This document shows, piece by piece, positions 9,683-18,377 of a stretch of 64,000 nucleotides of DNA (position 1 is its first letter; every line of letters begins with the position of its first letter). The notes beneath the pieces are model-generated. The model saw nothing but the letters and a program-made list of their open reading frames with translations, was not told the origin of the DNA and searched no databases. Origin of the DNA: an uncultured Chloroflexia bacterium (lineage in GTDB: Bacteria > Chloroflexota > Limnocylindria > Limnocylindrales > CSP1-4); assembly GCA_963749705.1 (NCBI GenBank), contig CAVVNQ010000007.1, positions 1 to 64,000 of the forward strand, in the 5' to 3' direction. A program made the translations under genes and the position numbers.

Positions 9683-10155
9683 GCGACATGCTGGCGATCT
9701 CGATCACGGTCAACGGGCGCCGGCGCGACGTCCGGATCGCCGCCCACCACACGCTCCTCGACGTGCTGCGCGACGACCTCGGGCTCACCGGGTCCAAGGA
9801 GTGCTGCCTGGTCGGGGAGTGCGGCGCGTGCACGGTGATGCTCAACGGGCGGAGCGTCGATTCCTGCCTGGTGCTCGGCGCCGAGGCCGACGGCGGCGAG
9901 GTGCTGACGGTGGAGGGCCTGGCCGCCGCGGGCGGGCTGAGCGCCGTCCAGCAGGCATTCCTCGACCATGGCGCCGTGCAGTGCGGGTTCTGCATCCCGG
10001 GCCAGCTGGTCGCGGCCCACGCGCTGCTGGCCGAGAACCCGCATCCCAGCCGGGCCGACGTCGAGGAGGGGCTGGCCGGCAACCTGTGCCGGTGCGCGGG
10101 CTACCAGCAGATCATCGAGTCCGTGCTGGACGCCGCCGGTGAGGGCGGGCGATGA
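9679..10155 (+). CDS. Xanthine dehydrogenase family 2Fe-2S subunit (CoxS-like)
   Basis: CLVGECGACTV…C, QCGFCIPG, GNLCRCAGY. Confidence 0.94.
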   Translation: MSDMLAISITVNGRRRDVRIAAHHTLLDVLRDDLGLTGSKECCLVGECGACTVMLNGRSVDSCLVLGAEADGGEVLTVEGLAAAGGLSAVQQAFLDHGAVQCGFCIPGQLVAAHALLAENPHPSRADVEEGLAGNLCRCAGYQQIIESVLDAAGEGGR

Positions 10156-12509
10156 GCGCGCACGGCGGGCACGGCGGGCGCTCCGGGCGCGGCGCTCCGG
10201 GCGCCGATGGCGAGTCCGCGACCAGCGCCCGTTCGGCGCACGGCGTCGGCGGATCGCCGGCCAGGGTCGGCGGCTTCGACCGGGTGACCGGCCGCCAGGC
10301 GTACGTCGCCGATCTCCACGTCGAGGACGCGCTCCACGTCAAGCTCGTGACCCTCGACTGCGCCCGTGCGCGGATCGACCGGATCGACGTGTCCGAGGCG
10401 CTCCGCGTGCCCGGCGTCCGCCTGGTCATGACCGCGGCCGACCTGCCCCAGCCGATGCCTCGGTTCGGGCCCCAGCTCCGCGATCGGCCGGTGCTCGCGG
10501 TGGGCGAGACCAAGTATCACGGCGAGCCCGTCGCGGCCGTCGCCGCCGAAACCAAGGATGCCGCCGAGGCCGCAGCGCGCCTCGTCCGCGTCGAGCACGA
10601 GGTCCTGCCGGCCGTGTTCTCGGTCGCCGCGGCGCTCGCCCCCGACGCCCCGCTCGTCCAGGACCCCGGGCTCCGCCCCGACGACCCGTTGCGGGACACC
10701 AACGTGCTCCGCGAGCACCACTACGGGTGGGGGGACGTCGATGCCGCGACGCCGGACGTCGTCGTCGAAGGGACGTATTCGTTCCCGATCGTGACCCAGT
10801 TCGCCATCGAGCCCCACGCCTTCATCGCCGCACCCGACGGCGACGGGATCGCGGTCTGGAGCTCGATCCAGCACCCCAGCTGGCTCCAGCGGGTGATCGC
10901 GGACCTGCTCCACCTGCCGCTGGCCAAGGTTCGCGTGCTGGCCCCCGATCCGGGCGGCGCCTTCGGCGGCAAGCAGCACGCGAAGCTCGAGCCGCTGGTC
11001 GCGTTCATGGCTCGAGCCGCGGGCCGGCCGGTCCGCCTCGTGCTCAGCCTCGAGGAGTCGTTCCAGGCGGTTCGGCGCGGCGCGTGCGAGGTCCACGTCC
11101 GGTCCGGCTTCCGCGCCGACGGCACGCTGGTGTCGCGCGAGATCCATGCCGACTACCTGATCGGCGCCTACGCGGACATCGCTGACCGGACCGTGACCAA
11201 GGGCGGCTACACGGCCGCTGGGCCGTACCGGACGCCCAACGTCCGGATCGTGGCGCGCAGCGTCCTGTCGCATACCACGCCGTCGACGGCGTTCCGCGGG
11301 TTTGGCAATCCGCAGCAGATTTGGGCCGTGGAATCGAACATGGACGAGGCGGCCCGGGTGCTGGGCATCGATCCCGTGGCGCTCCGCCTGCGGAACTTCC
11401 CCGAGCGGGGGGAGACGTTCATCCCCGGCGACACGCCGGCCGACGGGCGGTGGGCCGAGACGCTCGAGCGGGCGGCCGCGATGCTGGACTGGGGCGGGCC
11501 GGTCGTGCCGGGTCGCGGGCGGGGCATCGCGGTCGGCCTCAAGTCCGGGCCCACCACCGGCCTGTCGTACTCGACCGTCCGCCTGCTCGCCGACGGCAGC
11601 GTCGTGGTCTACGCGGGAACCTCGGACATGGGCCAGGGTGCGCGCACGATCTTCGCCCAGATCGCCGCCCAGGAGCTCGGGGCGCCGATGGACTGGGTCA
11701 CGGTCGTCATGGGCGACACGTCGACCGTCCCGTACGACCAGCAGACGTCGGCCAGCCGATCCTCGGTCCTGATGGGCAACGCCGTGCTGTTCGCGTGCCG
11801 CGACATCCAGGCGAGGCTGCGGGCGATGGCCGCGCGGCTCGAGGAGGTCGATGAGGCCGAGGTCGTGGTTGACGGCGGCGTGGTCGCGATCGGCGGTCGC
11901 GAGCTGCCGATCCGGGACGTGTTGCGGCGCGGGCTGGGGCGCCTGGGCGGCGAGCTCATCGGCGTGGGCGAGATGCGCAAGGAGGCCGACCCAGGGCATC
12001 CCCTCGGCGGGACGGCGGCGTTCTTCGAGTTCAACTGCACGGCCGTCGAGCTCGAGGTGGACCGGGATACCGGCGACATCGCGATCACGCGCCACGTGAC
12101 CGTGTCCGACGTCGGCCGAGCGCTCAACCCGGCGCAGGTGCGCGGCCAGGACGAGGGCGCCGCCGTGATGGGCCTGGGGCACACGCTGATGGAGCACATC
12201 ATCTTCGACGACGCGGGCCGGATCCGGAACCTCGGCGCGATCGACTACCGGATCCCGACCAGCATGGACCTGCCGCACACCATCGACAGCGACATGATCG
12301 AGAACGGCGACGGACCCGGTCCGTACGGGGCCAAGGGCATGAGCGAGGGCGCGCTGCTGTGCGTGGCGCCCGCGGTCGCGGCGGCCGTCCGGGATGCCAC
12401 GGGTGCGGTCATCCGGGACCTGCCGCTGACGCCCGAGCGCGTGTGGCGGGCGCTCCGCGATCTGCCGGCTGGCGCGGGCAGCGGCACGGGCGAGACCGGC
12501 CCGCGATGA
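10152..12509 (+). CDS. Xanthine dehydrogenase family molybdopterin-binding large subunit
   Basis: VTGRQAYVAD, GGAFGGK, AFRGFGNPQ, DMGQG, DVGRALNP, GAKGMSEG. Confidence 0.93.
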   Translation: MSAHGGHGGRSGRGAPGADGESATSARSAHGVGGSPARVGGFDRVTGRQAYVADLHVEDALHVKLVTLDCARARIDRIDVSEALRVPGVRLVMTAADLPQPMPRFGPQLRDRPVLAVGETKYHGEPVAAVAAETKDAAEAAARLVRVEHEVLPAVFSVAAALAPDAPLVQDPGLRPDDPLRDTNVLREHHYGWGDVDAATPDVVVEGTYSFPIVTQFAIEPHAFIAAPDGDGIAVWSSIQHPSWLQRVIADLLHLPLAKVRVLAPDPGGAFGGKQHAKLEPLVAFMARAAGRPVRLVLSLEESFQAVRRGACEVHVRSGFRADGTLVSREIHADYLIGAYADIADRTVTKGGYTAAGPYRTPNVRIVARSVLSHTTPSTAFRGFGNPQQIWAVESNMDEAARVLGIDPVALRLRNFPERGETFIPGDTPADGRWAETLERAAAMLDWGGPVVPGRGRGIAVGLKSGPTTGLSYSTVRLLADGSVVVYAGTSDMGQGARTIFAQIAAQELGAPMDWVTVVMGDTSTVPYDQQTSASRSSVLMGNAVLFACRDIQARLRAMAARLEEVDEAEVVVDGGVVAIGGRELPIRDVLRRGLGRLGGELIGVGEMRKEADPGHPLGGTAAFFEFNCTAVELEVDRDTGDIAITRHVTVSDVGRALNPAQVRGQDEGAAVMGLGHTLMEHIIFDDAGRIRNLGAIDYRIPTSMDLPHTIDSDMIENGDGPGPYGAKGMSEGALLCVAPAVAAAVRDATGAVIRDLPLTPERVWRALRDLPAGAGSGTGETGPR

Positions 12510-14652
12510 CCCTGGCCTACCGCCTCGACCACCCGCACGGGCTCCCGCCCGATGAGGTCACTGCGCTGGTCGGCGGCAAGGCGGCCAACCTGGGGGTGAT
12601 GGCCCGCGAGCTCGGCCTGCCGGTCCCGCCAGGCCTCACGATCACGACCGCCGCGTGCCGCGAATACCTCGCATCGGGCTGGCCGGCCGGCCTCGACGAG
12701 GAGCTTCGGGCGCGGATGGCGGACGTCGAGGCGGCGATCGGGCGGCGGTTCGGGGATCCGGCGGACCCGCTCCTCGTCAGCGTCCGGTCCGGGGCTCCGG
12801 TGTCGATGCCCGGCATGATGGACACGATCCTGGACCTCGGGTTGACCGACGCGACCACGGACGGCCTGGCGCGGGCGACCAACGACGATGCGTTCGCGCG
12901 CGACTGCCGGCGACGGTTCGAGGCGATGTTCCGCGAGATCGTGGGTCGGGAGGCCCGGACGAGCCGTGGGCCCAGCTGCGCCTCGCCGTGGAAGCGGTGT
13001 TCCGCTCGTGGAACAGCGATCGCGCGCGCGCCTACCGCCGGCGTGAGGGCATCCCTGACGACATCGGGACCGGGGTCACCGTCCAGGCGATGGTGTTCGG
13101 CAATCGCGGCGCCAATTCGGCGACGGGCGTCGTGTTCACGCGCAACCCCGCCACGGGCGAGCCCGGGCTGTACGGCGACGTGATGTTCGGGGCCCAGGGC
13201 GAGGACGTCGTCGCGGGGACGCACGCGACCCAGCCGCTCGCGGTCCTCGACGAGCGCCTGCCGGCGGTCGGGCGAGAGCTTCGCGATCACGCCGTGCGGC
13301 TCGAGCGCCACTTCCGCGACCTGTGCGACATCGAGTTCACGGTGGAGCAGGGGAGGCTGTGGCTGCTCCAGGTCCGGGTCGGCAAGCGGAGCCCGCGGGC
13401 CGCGCTGCGGATCGCGCTGGACATGGCCAGCGACGACGCGTTCCCGCTGACCCGGCGCGAGGCCGTCGAACGGGTGGCCGCGATCCTCGCCGATCCGCCG
13501 CGCGTCGCCTCACAACGGGATCCCGGCGCGACCTCGATCGGCACCGGCCTCGGGGCATCGCCGGGCGTCGCGAGCGGCGACATCGTGACCAGCCCGGAGG
13601 CGGCCGTCCGGCTCGCCGACGCCGGGGGTTCGCCGATCCTCGTGCGCGCCGAGACATCCCCGGACGACGTCCACGGCATGGCGCGCGCCGCGGGCATCCT
13701 GACCGCGCGCGGCGGGCTGGCCAGCCACGCCGCCGTGGTCGCGCGTGGGTGGGGGATCCCGGCCGTGGTCGGCGCGCGCGACATCGAGGTGCTCGATGGC
13801 GAGGTCCGCTTCCCCGGGCTCACGCTGCATGCCGGCGATGCGATCACCATCGACGGCGACACCGGCGAGGTGTTCGAAGGGGCGATCGCCGCGGCCTCCG
13901 CCATCGCGCCGGAGGCCGGGACGCTGCTGGATTGGGCGCGCGAGCTGGGGATCGCGATCGGCGCGGTCTCGGGTGGCCCATCGTCGGGGGGCGAGCAGAC
14001 GACGCCCGCCGATCAGGCGCCGGACGGCGCCGCGCCGACCCTCGACGACTGCACGCACCTGCTCCGGCTCAAGGGCGTTGCCACCACGGGGGCGCTCGCC
14101 GACGCGCTCCGGGTGCCGGCGGACTCGGTCCAGCCGCTGCTGGACCGGCTCGTCGACGAGGGGCTCGCCGGCACGGTCGCCGGCGCATTCCGGCTCACCG
14201 AGCCAGGCCGGGAACGCGGCGGGGCGCTGCTGTCCGCGGAGCAGGCCGCGCTCGGCATCGAGACCGCCGGCGCGTCGCTCGATGCCTTCCTCGCGCTCGA
14301 CCAGCGCGTCAAGGCGGCCGTCACCGACTGGCAGATGCGGCCGACCGACGGCGACCCGGTCATCAACGACCATGCCGACCCCGCGTACGACGCCGCCGTC
14401 CTCGGCCGGCTGGCGGCGATCCACGCGGACACGGTCGCGTGGCTGGCACCGCTCGAGCCCCGCTGGCCGCGCGCGCAGGGCTATCGACGCCGGCTGGCCG
14501 CTGCCATCGAGCTGGCGCTGGCGGGGGATGCGCGGTACGTGGCCTCGCCCCGTGTCGACAGCTACCACGGTGCATGGTTCGAGCTGCACGAGGACCTGAT
14601 CCTGCTCGCGGGCCGCACCCGGGCGGACGAGGTGGCGGCGGGCCGAGCGTAG
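12506..14652 (+). CDS. Truncated pyruvate phosphate dikinase-like protein (ATP-grasp plus phospho-His domain) fused to an Rv1126c-like winged-helix domain; apparent -1 frameshift at ~12950-12957
   Basis: GGKAANL, LPVPPGLTITT, SVRSGAPVSMPGMMDT in the first frame. VQAMVFGN, QGEDVVAG, DIEFTVE, GGLASHAAVVARG in the second. No pyruvate-binding barrel. The tail is RLKG…TDWQ…NDHADPAYDAAVL…DSYHGAWFELHEDLI. Confidence 0.85.
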
Positions 14653-14701
14653 GCCCGTCAGGCGCCGAAACCGGTTCAGCCGCAACGGCGGCTTTCCCCT
14701 C

Positions 14702-15154
14702 ACCGCGTCCTACACTGCGACGGGCGATCTGACCGCCGACCCCGAGACCGGCACCACCGGATCCACCATCACCAGCACCTACGACCTCGCCCACCGGTTG
14801 ACCTCGATCACCCCGGCCGGTGGTCCCACCACGACCCTCACGCTCGACGCCCTGGGCCGCCCGATGAACCGGACCACCGGCACATCGGTCGACACGTACA
14901 GCTACCTCGGCACATCGGACACCGTGGTCCGGATCGCCAACACCGGGGGCACAGGAGCCGTCACCGACTCGATCACCGATCCCGCCGGTGATCGCCTGGG
15001 CACCAGGACCGGCTCCACGGTGGCCTGGCTCACCCCCGACCTCCATGGCTCGATCGCGGCCGGGCTCGCCCAGACGCCCTCCGCGGTGACCGACGCCGAG
15101 GGGTCGTCTGATCAGCTGACCCACTTCCGTCGTGCGGAGTGCCTGGAATGGTAA
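14702..15154 (+). pseudogene. Rhs/YD-repeat protein remnant
   Basis: In-frame TASYTATGDLTAD…STYDLAHRLTSI…TLDALGRPMNR…DPAGDRL…WLTPDLHGSI, which is YD-repeat and Rhs-core-like. No good start, and it breaks off before the conserved core end. Confidence 0.7.
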
Positions 15155-15178
15155 GGGTGACTCTCTCGTATCGATAGA

Positions 15179-15207
15179 TTGACTCTTACTGGTCGGCGGC
15201 ATATCGT
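15179..15207 (+). promoter_or_regulatory. Sigma70-type promoter TTGACT-17-TATCGT, likely leaderless transcript
   Basis: The -35/-10 spacing is exactly 17 nt. The ATG at 15214 lies 6 nt after the -10 and there is no SD sequence. Confidence 0.7.
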
Positions 15208-15213
15208 GCGGCA

Positions 15214-15804
15214 ATGGACACGATTGGGCGAGCGCAGCTCGAGACAGCGCTGGCCGCCCTCGGCGAGTTGCTCACGGCCCGTGGGCTCCGCTACGAGGTC
15301 GTGCTGGTCGGCGGCGGAAACCTCATCCTGCGCGAGCTGATCGCACGTCCGACCACGAAGGATCTCGACATCCTGGGAACGAGGACACCGGACGGCATCG
15401 TCCCCATCCGCCCGATGCCCGAACCGCTCCGCGAGGCCATCTTCGACGTAGGCCGAACGTTCGGGCTCGCGGACGACTGGCTTAACACCGGCCCCGACTC
15501 GCTCCTCGACCTCGGCCTGCCTGACGGGTTCGTCGACCGCCTCGAGCGCCGCGACTTCAGCGGGCTCGTGGCGTGGCTCGCGGGCCGGTTCGACATGGTC
15601 TGCTTCAAGCTCTACGCCGCCGTCGACCAAGGTCCGCGGAGCCGCCATTTCCAGGATCTCCGCGATTTGGGTCCGGACCGCGACGATCTCCTCTCGGCCG
15701 CCCGCTGGGCGAGGAGCCACGACCCGTCGCCCGGCTTCCGAAGCCTGCTGGTAGAGACGCTTCGGGCGCTCGGTGTGGAGGATGCCGATGCAGCGCTCGG
15801 CTAG
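15214..15804 (+). CDS. DUF6036-like nucleotidyltransferase (AbiEii/MNT superfamily)
   Basis: VLVGGGNL…TTKDLD Pol-beta-type GG…DxD motif, LADDWLN, KLYAA…HFQDL. Confidence 0.75.
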   Translation: MDTIGRAQLETALAALGELLTARGLRYEVVLVGGGNLILRELIARPTTKDLDILGTRTPDGIVPIRPMPEPLREAIFDVGRTFGLADDWLNTGPDSLLDLGLPDGFVDRLERRDFSGLVAWLAGRFDMVCFKLYAAVDQGPRSRHFQDLRDLGPDRDDLLSAARWARSHDPSPGFRSLLVETLRALGVEDADAALG

Positions 15805-16682
15805 CTCCCTCCAGGGAGCGCTCCTCAATCGCGCTTGGATCCAGTGGACCGCGCTCGGCGTCGACGCCACAGTCGAGCGCGACGATGCCGTAGTCGACCC
15901 CGAGGCGTTGATCGCGCTGACGGCCGAGCTCGGTGACGCCGACGCAAGACTGCGCGATCTCAGCACCGACTGGTGCGTCGCGTTTGGCCGGTACGTCAAC
16001 GGATCTCGCCTCAAGCAGGTTGCGCGCGAGATCGGCACCCCGGACGACATGATCGGCGAGTACGTGGCCACGGTCGCGGCGTCCGGCGGGCCAGCCTGGC
16101 CAATGGGAACGCGTCCCCGGCCCGACTACGTCCGGCGCGATAAAGCCCGACTCGACTCCGCCGAATCCCGACCGCGCCTGCGCATCCGGCTTCGGGCAGC
16201 GTTCGGGGTAAACGCCCGGGCGGACATCCTGGCCGCGCTGTTGGCCACGTCGCCGGGCGGCGTCAACGCCGCCGATCTTGCACGCATCACTCGGTTCACG
16301 AAGCCGAGCATCGCCTCCGCGCTCGATGCGCTGCTGTTGGCGGGACTCGTCACGGCGAGGGCCGTGGGGAATGAGCGACGTTTTGCCCTGCCACCGAAGA
16401 GTGCCGATCCTGCCGGGACTCCGGCCGCCGGTGTCGCAGTCGGATTGGGCTGCCACGTTCGCCGTGGCTCTCGAGGTCCTCCGATTGTCGGGCCGTGACG
16501 ACATGTCGACGACCGTCCGTGCCATCGAGGCCCGGCGATTGATCGGTCGGCTGGCCGATCGGATCTCGACCGAGCGCATGCCTTTCCCGCCTCTGGACGC
16601 AGTGGGGGACGAGTTCCTGATGGCCTTTGATCGGTGGATCGCCTACCTCGTGGATTGGCTACGCGCGCCGAGTCGGGAGTAG
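15782..16682 (+). CDS. HTH-containing partner protein of the nucleotidyltransferase; apparent +1 frameshift at ~16400
   Basis: WIQWTALGV, VDPEALI, LRAAFGVNARADIL, HTH 'AADLARITRFTKPSIASALDALLLAGLV'. A protein-like continuation (PILPGLRPP..DWAATF…FDRW) runs in another frame to 16682. Overlaps the upstream gene. Confidence 0.65.
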
Positions 16683-16728
16683 ACGTAAGCGATTCGGGTG
16701 AAGCGTGGGGAGCGGTTATACTATTGGT

Positions 16729-16968
16729 ATGAAGACTGCCGTCTCGGTGCCTGACGACCTGTTCGCCCAGGTGGACCGCCTCGCGAAGCGCTCGCGCCGC
16801 TCGCGCAGCGAGGTGTACAGCGCGGCCCTGCGCGAGTACCTGGCCCGCCACGCGCCCGACGAGGTGACCGCGAGCCTCGACGCCGTCATCGCGGACCTCG
16901 GCGAGCCCGGCGCGGACTCGTTCGCCGCCGCGGCCGCCCGCCGCGCGCTCGCCTCGGCTGAGTGGTGA
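16729..16968 (+). CDS. Ribbon-helix-helix antitoxin (MazE/ChpI-like)
   Basis: MKTAVSVPDDLF…SRSEVYSAALREYL. -10 TATACT at 16717-16722 lies 6 nt before the ATG. Confidence 0.88.
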   Translation: MKTAVSVPDDLFAQVDRLAKRSRRSRSEVYSAALREYLARHAPDEVTASLDAVIADLGEPGADSFAAAAARRALASAEW

Positions 16969-17399
16969 TCGCCGAGGGCGAGGTCTGGTGGGCGGACCTC
17001 GGCGAGCCGGCGGGGTCTGAGCCCGGGTTCCGCCGCCCGGTGGTCGTGGTCCAGGGCAACGCCTTCAACGCGAGCTCGCTGCGGACCGTCGTCTGCGTCG
17101 TGCTGACGAGCAACGTCAAGTGGGCCGAGGCTCCGGGAAACGTGTCGCTGCCAGCCCGCGCAACCGGCCTGCCGAAGCCGTCGGTCGCCAACGTATCGCA
17201 AGTCGTGACCCTCGACCGCCAGGCGCTCACGGAACGGGTGGGCCGCCTCTCGGCGTCGAACCTCGAACTCGTCCTGGCCGGCATCGACGTGGTGCTCGGC
17301 CGCGGCTACCCGTACTGGGGGCCGTCTGGCCCTCCGACGAACCCGCTCGGCGCGGCTACCATCGCCGTCGTGGACGCGTCCCCAACGGGCCACGGCTGA
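16962..17399 (+). CDS. mazF: PemK/MazF-family endoribonuclease toxin
   Basis: GEVWWADLGEPAGSEPGFRRPVVVVQ…LTSN…TGLPKPSVANVSQ. Confidence 0.92.
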   Translation: MVIAEGEVWWADLGEPAGSEPGFRRPVVVVQGNAFNASSLRTVVCVVLTSNVKWAEAPGNVSLPARATGLPKPSVANVSQVVTLDRQALTERVGRLSASNLELVLAGIDVVLGRGYPYWGPSGPPTNPLGAATIAVVDASPTGHG

Positions 17400-17420
17400 T
17401 GCCCGATTCGGAGGACGCGG

Positions 17421-18326
17421 ATGGCCGTCGAAGTTCGCATTGATGCACCGGGCCTGACCCTCGACCCCGGGCGGGTCACCGTCCGGGAGGCCGTCGATGC
17501 CGACTGGGAGGCTGCCGGCCGGATCTGCTACCTGGCCTTCGCCACGCTCGCGGCGCACCACGGCTTCCCGCCCGACTTTCCCACCGTCGAGGCCGCCGCC
17601 CAGCCGATCCGCCAGCTGATCAACCACCCGCACATCCATGGCGTGGTCGCCGAGCGCGATGGGCGGATCGTCGGCAGCAGCTTCCTCGACGAGCGGTCGC
17701 TGGTCTCGGCGATCGGGCCGGTGAGCGTCGATCCGGACACCCAGGACGGGGGCGTCGGGCGAGCGCTGATGACGGCGATGCTCGATCGAGTCGCCGAGCG
17801 CGGTGCGCCCGGGGTTCGGCTGGTCCAGATCGCCTACCACAACCGGTCGCTGAGCCTGTACGCGAAGCTCGGCTTCGAGGTGCGCGCGCCGCTGGCCGCG
17901 ATGCACGGCGACCCGATCCGCGTCGCGATGCCCGGGTACGCGGTCCGCACGGCCACCGCCGCGGACGAGGCTTCCTGCAACGCGCTGTGCGTCCGGGTCC
18001 ATGGGCACGATCGCGCCCAGGAGCTGGCCGAGGCGGTGGCGACCGGGACGGCCCGGGTCGTGGAGCACCTCGGCCGCATCACCGGGTACACGACCGGGAT
18101 CTCCTACTTCGCCCACTCCGTCGCGGAGTCCAACGACGCCCTGTGCGCGCTGATCGGCGATGCGGACGGGATCCCGACCCCGGGCATCCTCGTCCCGCTC
18201 GACAACGCGCCGCTGTTCCGCTGGTGCCTGGCGCACGGCCTGCGCGTGTTCTTCGTGACCACGCTGATGGCGAAGGGGATCTACCAGGTGCCGCGAGGCG
18301 CCTGGATGCCGTCCGTCGGGTACTGA
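17421..18326 (+). CDS. GNAT-family N-acetyltransferase (two-domain)
   Basis: IGPVSVDPDTQDGGVGRALM motif A and LYAKLGF. RBS GGAGG. Confidence 0.85.
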   Translation: MAVEVRIDAPGLTLDPGRVTVREAVDADWEAAGRICYLAFATLAAHHGFPPDFPTVEAAAQPIRQLINHPHIHGVVAERDGRIVGSSFLDERSLVSAIGPVSVDPDTQDGGVGRALMTAMLDRVAERGAPGVRLVQIAYHNRSLSLYAKLGFEVRAPLAAMHGDPIRVAMPGYAVRTATAADEASCNALCVRVHGHDRAQELAEAVATGTARVVEHLGRITGYTTGISYFAHSVAESNDALCALIGDADGIPTPGILVPLDNAPLFRWCLAHGLRVFFVTTLMAKGIYQVPRGAWMPSVGY

Positions 18327-18377
18327 CCGCCGCGCGTCGGGACCCGACTGCGCCACGGACCCCCGGTCGGGGCCGGG

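Noticed and set aside
8813-12509. Aerobic CO dehydrogenase (coxMSL), suggested by gene order and the hyp genes elsewhere in the window
   Set aside because: The large subunit lacks the AYxCSFR (form I) and AYRGAGR (form II) signatures, and no coxDEFG is adjacent.
12506-14652. Canonical ppdK
   Set aside because: There is no C-terminal PEP/pyruvate-binding barrel, so the gene symbol was withheld.
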